From Vitrella brassicaformis CCMP3155 (Eukaryota; Protista; Chromerida): DNA of 64,000 nucleotides. This document shows, piece after piece, positions 60,070 through 64,000 of the stretch. The stretch is taken from positions 4,253-68,252 of the forward strand of contig CDMY01000481.1 of assembly GCA_001179505.1 (NCBI GenBank), written 5' to 3'. The notes under the pieces are model-generated. The model was not told the DNA's origin. It searched no databases and was given only the letters and a program-made list of their open reading frames with translations. The position numbers and the translations under genes were made by a program. How positions within the stretch are numbered: the stretch's first letter is position 1; the number at the start of each line of letters is the position of its first letter.

Positions 60070-61583
60070 TCAGATTGGTCATTGGTACCCTATCGTGAGT
60101 GCATCGAAAGACAATCAGAGCATCCTCTGCGGAACGCCAAGCGGCGTCAATCGCACAGATGTCACTGACCTGGGAACCGGCGTTGGGAAGGTACGGACGG
60201 CAGCCAATGTGTTGTGACAGGACCACAAGCATTTGCGCGATGTTCGCTGTGTGCCTGTCTGTCAGCTTCCCACCGGACAAGCCCATCTGTGCACGCACGA
60301 GCGAGTCCCGCTTCTTCTACTGCATCAAAGAAGACGTCGGTCTTTTCACGGGGCCGATTGTCGCGGATAGAGACGAGGTTGGATTTGTTAAGGGTGTCCT
60401 CAGCGGCCAGCCATCGTCCCTCTGCTTCCCGCCCGTGTTGGATCCGTGCTTCAATGCCGTCAATCGCTTCGCTGTGCCCTTCGACTGTGCCGGCAGCCTG
60501 CCTGACGTCGAGAGAAGAGAAGACATGGGGCCTGACAAGTCGAGTGACCCCCCTCCAGTGCCACAAAATGCGACGTTCGCTCAGTTGGTGCATACCGATG
60601 CCTATCCGCCAACCATCAACCACACGGGCTCGAATGTGTCGAGCTGCATGAGGATTCAGGGCAAGAAGGACGACAGCAGTGGGCTCGACGACCTCTTTCT
60701 GGACCTCTCATGCGACACGACAGAGGGCGTCAGCAGCACACTCCAGTTTACCTGCCTCGCCAACACCAGCCTCTGCTTCCGTCGGGAGGAGCACGAGCGG
60801 CTGCCTGCAATTGCTACCATCCAAGGCGTCATGGGCGTGGAGAAGGCCAGCAATCCGGCACGAGGGAATCGAGGCGCAGATTGAGGTGACCTTGACGGGC
60901 TCAGCAATTCGAGTACGATCAGCCTCAGCAAACTCTGATCTTCGGCAACGAGACACAGGACGACCTCGTCAGTGCAACGGTGCTTCACTTCGTCAGTCAA
61001 GCACGTGACTTCAGTCTACGTCTCTTGACGTTTCCTGACGACGCGCGAGAGGGCTGTGGTGTCCTGCACAATCAGCGCGCGTTCACAGTGACTATTGCGC
61101 TAGCTGTCTCGGGCTATGGGAGGGACGTGACGACTGGGCAAAACAACCGAAAGGTAGGTACGTGTATAGGTTGACAAATATTGTGTGTATATAAGTGTAC
61201 AAATATTTGTGTGTGTATACGTGGGGTTCTTTCCTCAGAAGAGACCACAGGAGGCCAGTCAGTTTGCCATCGACAATCGAGAGGCGTTTCGGAATTGCAG
61301 TGGGATCTGCCGTGAGGCTTCCCTGCTGGCCGTGCTGGCATCATCCGGATCTAAGACCGATTTGCTTCTGGGCAAAGACCTTGCCCGTGAGCTGCTTGAT
61401 GAAGTCCTTCCGACAGTCTATTTTCCTATCTACCAGCCGGGGCCCCTGTCACCAGACATATCATTTGGCAGCAGCCTGACTGTCGACAAGTTCGTTGTCG
61501 AGCAGGATCGACTCGATGTGTCGTGCCTTACTGGGAAATTCGAGTGCCGGCTGTCTTCTGCACCGACGGCACTGATCAATTGA
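60070..61583 (+). pseudogene. Fragmented Cys-containing extracellular-type hypothetical protein
   Basis: Exon-like blocks (FPPDKPICARTSESRFFYCIKED.., CMRIQGKKDD..DLSCD, REASLLAVLASSG..) separated by stops and frame changes. No family recognised. Confidence 0.35.
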
Positions 61584-62927
61584 AGCGCTCTTTCGGTCTA
61601 TTGAGCTCTTCAATATGGAGACTGGCGTGTCGCTTGATCTCATTCTGAAGGGCCAACTCGGTACCCATCCTCACTGAAGGTTTGTCAGGCGCTTTAGTCA
61701 ACCTGATTGTCTGTCGTTTGTCAGGCCCTTTGATCGATGGAAGACAAGGTACATGCATCGAGCACTGTCGTGAAGTGCTCGATACTCTCTCTTATTGCTA
61801 TGGATGTCACGGAACAAGAAGAGCTTTGTTGTCAATTCTTGCTTGACCACGCGCCCATGAGATACGTGCATGTCTCACGCGGATGGCGCAGGACGTATTT
61901 CGAGCGAATTGTTCTGTCTCTCTGGCGACAAGCCTTTGGTATGCCTGATAGATGCTGCGTCTCTCGCTTCTTTCCTCGCTTCCTGTCCTCCTTTGCTACT
62001 TTCTTTGCTGATCCCTTCTTCTCTTCACCAGACGGGAAGCAATCACAAGGCGTGATGGTGCTCTCTTTGACTTGCTGTTCCGATGAGTGAAAGCGTGCGA
62101 GCTGCTCTGTTTTTTCCGATGCTTTGGGTGCCCCTCCTTGGCCACTTTTCCGGTTGGTGGTAATGCGCTGTGTATGTGGTTGGCGAGGCGTGTGTATGTG
62201 TGTGTGTCTGTGTTCTTTCGTGATCCTCCTTCACGCGATGTGCATGTCTATGGATGCTGCGTCTCTCGCTTCTTTGCTCGCTTCCTGTCATCTTCCCATG
62301 TGTCTATCTATGCATGATGAATGAATGCGGCAAGCAGAGAGCCGCTGCTGTTCTGTCAGTGTGTCGGTCACGCACACACGCCATGCTTGTATGATGCATG
62401 TCTCGCCGATGCATACATTCATGAACCAGACATGCATACGTACCTCGTTCCACCTCTGTCCGTCCATGAGTGAGGTCACTCAGCTCATGCACAGCCATAT
62501 ATACAATAAAGAAGAAGCTGATGAATATCTAGACATCAATCAGGCTGCAGCACTTGCACGCACAGGGAGCATCCTCTCTCTCTCTCTTCCTTTGCACACG
62601 TCCCCATCCACGTATGGCTCACATGAAGACCATCCTAATGCAGACACGACTTAAACGCACGTCCAGGCATGCACCCTTTCTGGCTGTCTCTCCTCCTCTC
62701 TTCCCAGGTAGGTTGATGTCACTATCGATCGACGCCCGACTCACTCGTGCAAAAACGAATAACACATGCAGGAACGAAAAACACAGGCAGGCAGGCAGGC
62801 AGGCACCTCACACACAACCACTCAAACACACAAATACCCTGTCTGCTCGACCACACAGCACTCCCCTCACCCCACCACATCACACCACACACCACACACC
62901 ATTCCCCCTTCCCCTCCGTCTGCCGGC

Positions 62928-63792
62928 TCACTCGACGTCCTGTGGGTCGCGGCGCACCGTGTCACCCCAGTCCTGCTTGTCAGAGTCTGCGTCACTGCCC
63001 TCCTTCTTGTAGCCGTTGGCCACAGGCGCACTCAGGCTCGCCAGCATCGGGTCCATGGTGGACGTCTTGAGGACCACCGTCAGGTCGCGGTTGCCGGTGA
63101 TGGTGTAGGTGTAGCTGAGGACGCCGCCTGTGGGTGTGATGGTGGTGCCTCCCTCCTCCATGGCCGCATAGCCGACGGCCGTCACAGTGATGGTGGTGGG
63201 GTGCGTGGACGGACCCTTGGTGTGCGGGAACACCTTGCCCTCCGTGGCCACGTGCACAGTGGTCGACCCGTCGGCATGCGGCACCACCAAACTGAACGGG
63301 CAGAGGCGTCACAGACAACACACACACACACACAATGCATGATGTGCCGAGCACGATGTGTGAACTTGTGTCGCTCCCCTGCTTACTCGCTTTTGTGTGT
63401 GATGTCGAACCTCCCCACCAGCATGAGGTCGCCGCTCTGGCCGACCTCGAGCCCGTCCGCCACGACATTGTTGATGACCTGCTGGTCGATGGTGACAGGG
63501 CCGTTCTGTGTCACGCCGAAGTTGCGTTCGGTGAGGGCCGTCTCGACGCCTTTCTTGCCGCCAGCGTGCAGTGCCAGAGTGCCGCTCAACGGCGGGACGT
63601 CCATGTCGGTAACCGACACGTCCGACAGAGGGCCCTCGGTGTCACGCGTGATGGCCAAGGTGGTCTGCTGCGTCACGGCGGCGCGCGTGCCGTCGGCGGC
63701 CTTCATGATGCTGAAGTTCGTGCTCTTGTTCTTCAACATCGTGCACTTGAAGGCCGTGTCGAGTCCATGCACTGACGCTGTGATGCGAAGAT
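62928..63792 (-). CDS. Thr/Val/Gly-rich beta-strand protein, last two exons (5' part unresolved)
   Basis: Exons ~63395-63792 and ~62928-63300 with strong C/G third-position bias. ITVTAVGYAAMEEGGTTITPTGGVLSYTYTITGNRDLTVVL at the C-terminus. Confidence 0.6.
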
Positions 63793-64000
63793 CTGAGCGC
63801 GCGGAACGGGAGAGGGTGCGAGAGGGGTGGCGCACTACGTGGACGAGCCGACAGCCGCGGACGATGAGTGAAACCTGCGAGCTTTTCTGTAGCTGATTCC
63901 GTTGCGGTTCTGCTCGACACATCAAGACAAGTCAAGACGTCATTTGCCGTCCCGTTGCGTGTGCTGCAGCAGATCTCGAGGTGGCTCTTCCGATCTCAAG

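Noticed and set aside
1-64000. tRNA or rRNA genes
   Set aside because: No cloverleaf with A/B boxes or conserved rRNA segments recognised by eye; tRNAscan-SE and Infernal were not run.

Overview
Eukaryotic, GC-rich genomic DNA with many short GT-AG introns full of (TG)n/(TCTG)n microsatellites and four N-gaps. Gene style and content suggest a chromerid alveolate such as Vitrella; this is inference, not proven. The main feature is a pair of paralogous receptor-like genes (signal peptide, plant-type LRRs, Cys-rich repeats, multi-TM; 8470-18047 and 23710-29647). The first contains a tandem array of ten 72/144-nt LRR exon cassettes separated by eleven near-identical phase-0 introns. Its variation is concentrated at the exposed xxLxLxxN positions and recombines between cassettes, resembling a receptor-diversification module. 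Both copies carry frame-breaking lesions. Also present: an RLE-type non-LTR retrotransposon with a 14-bp TSD splitting a host ORF plus an intronic fragment of it, a CACTA/Plavaka-like transposase remnant, a copia LTR+gag, a 60-bp palindrome-rich minisatellite at five sites, and a 21-bp phased palindromic array. Other genes: histidine phosphatase, ankyrin, BTB-BTB-FKBP-like, FKBP-like, a fused GT12-like+GT31-like glycosyltransferase, a type II NADH dehydrogenase with a possible bipartite plastid presequence, a degenerate kinase, and several hypotheticals. No rRNA, tRNA or CRISPR was recognised.
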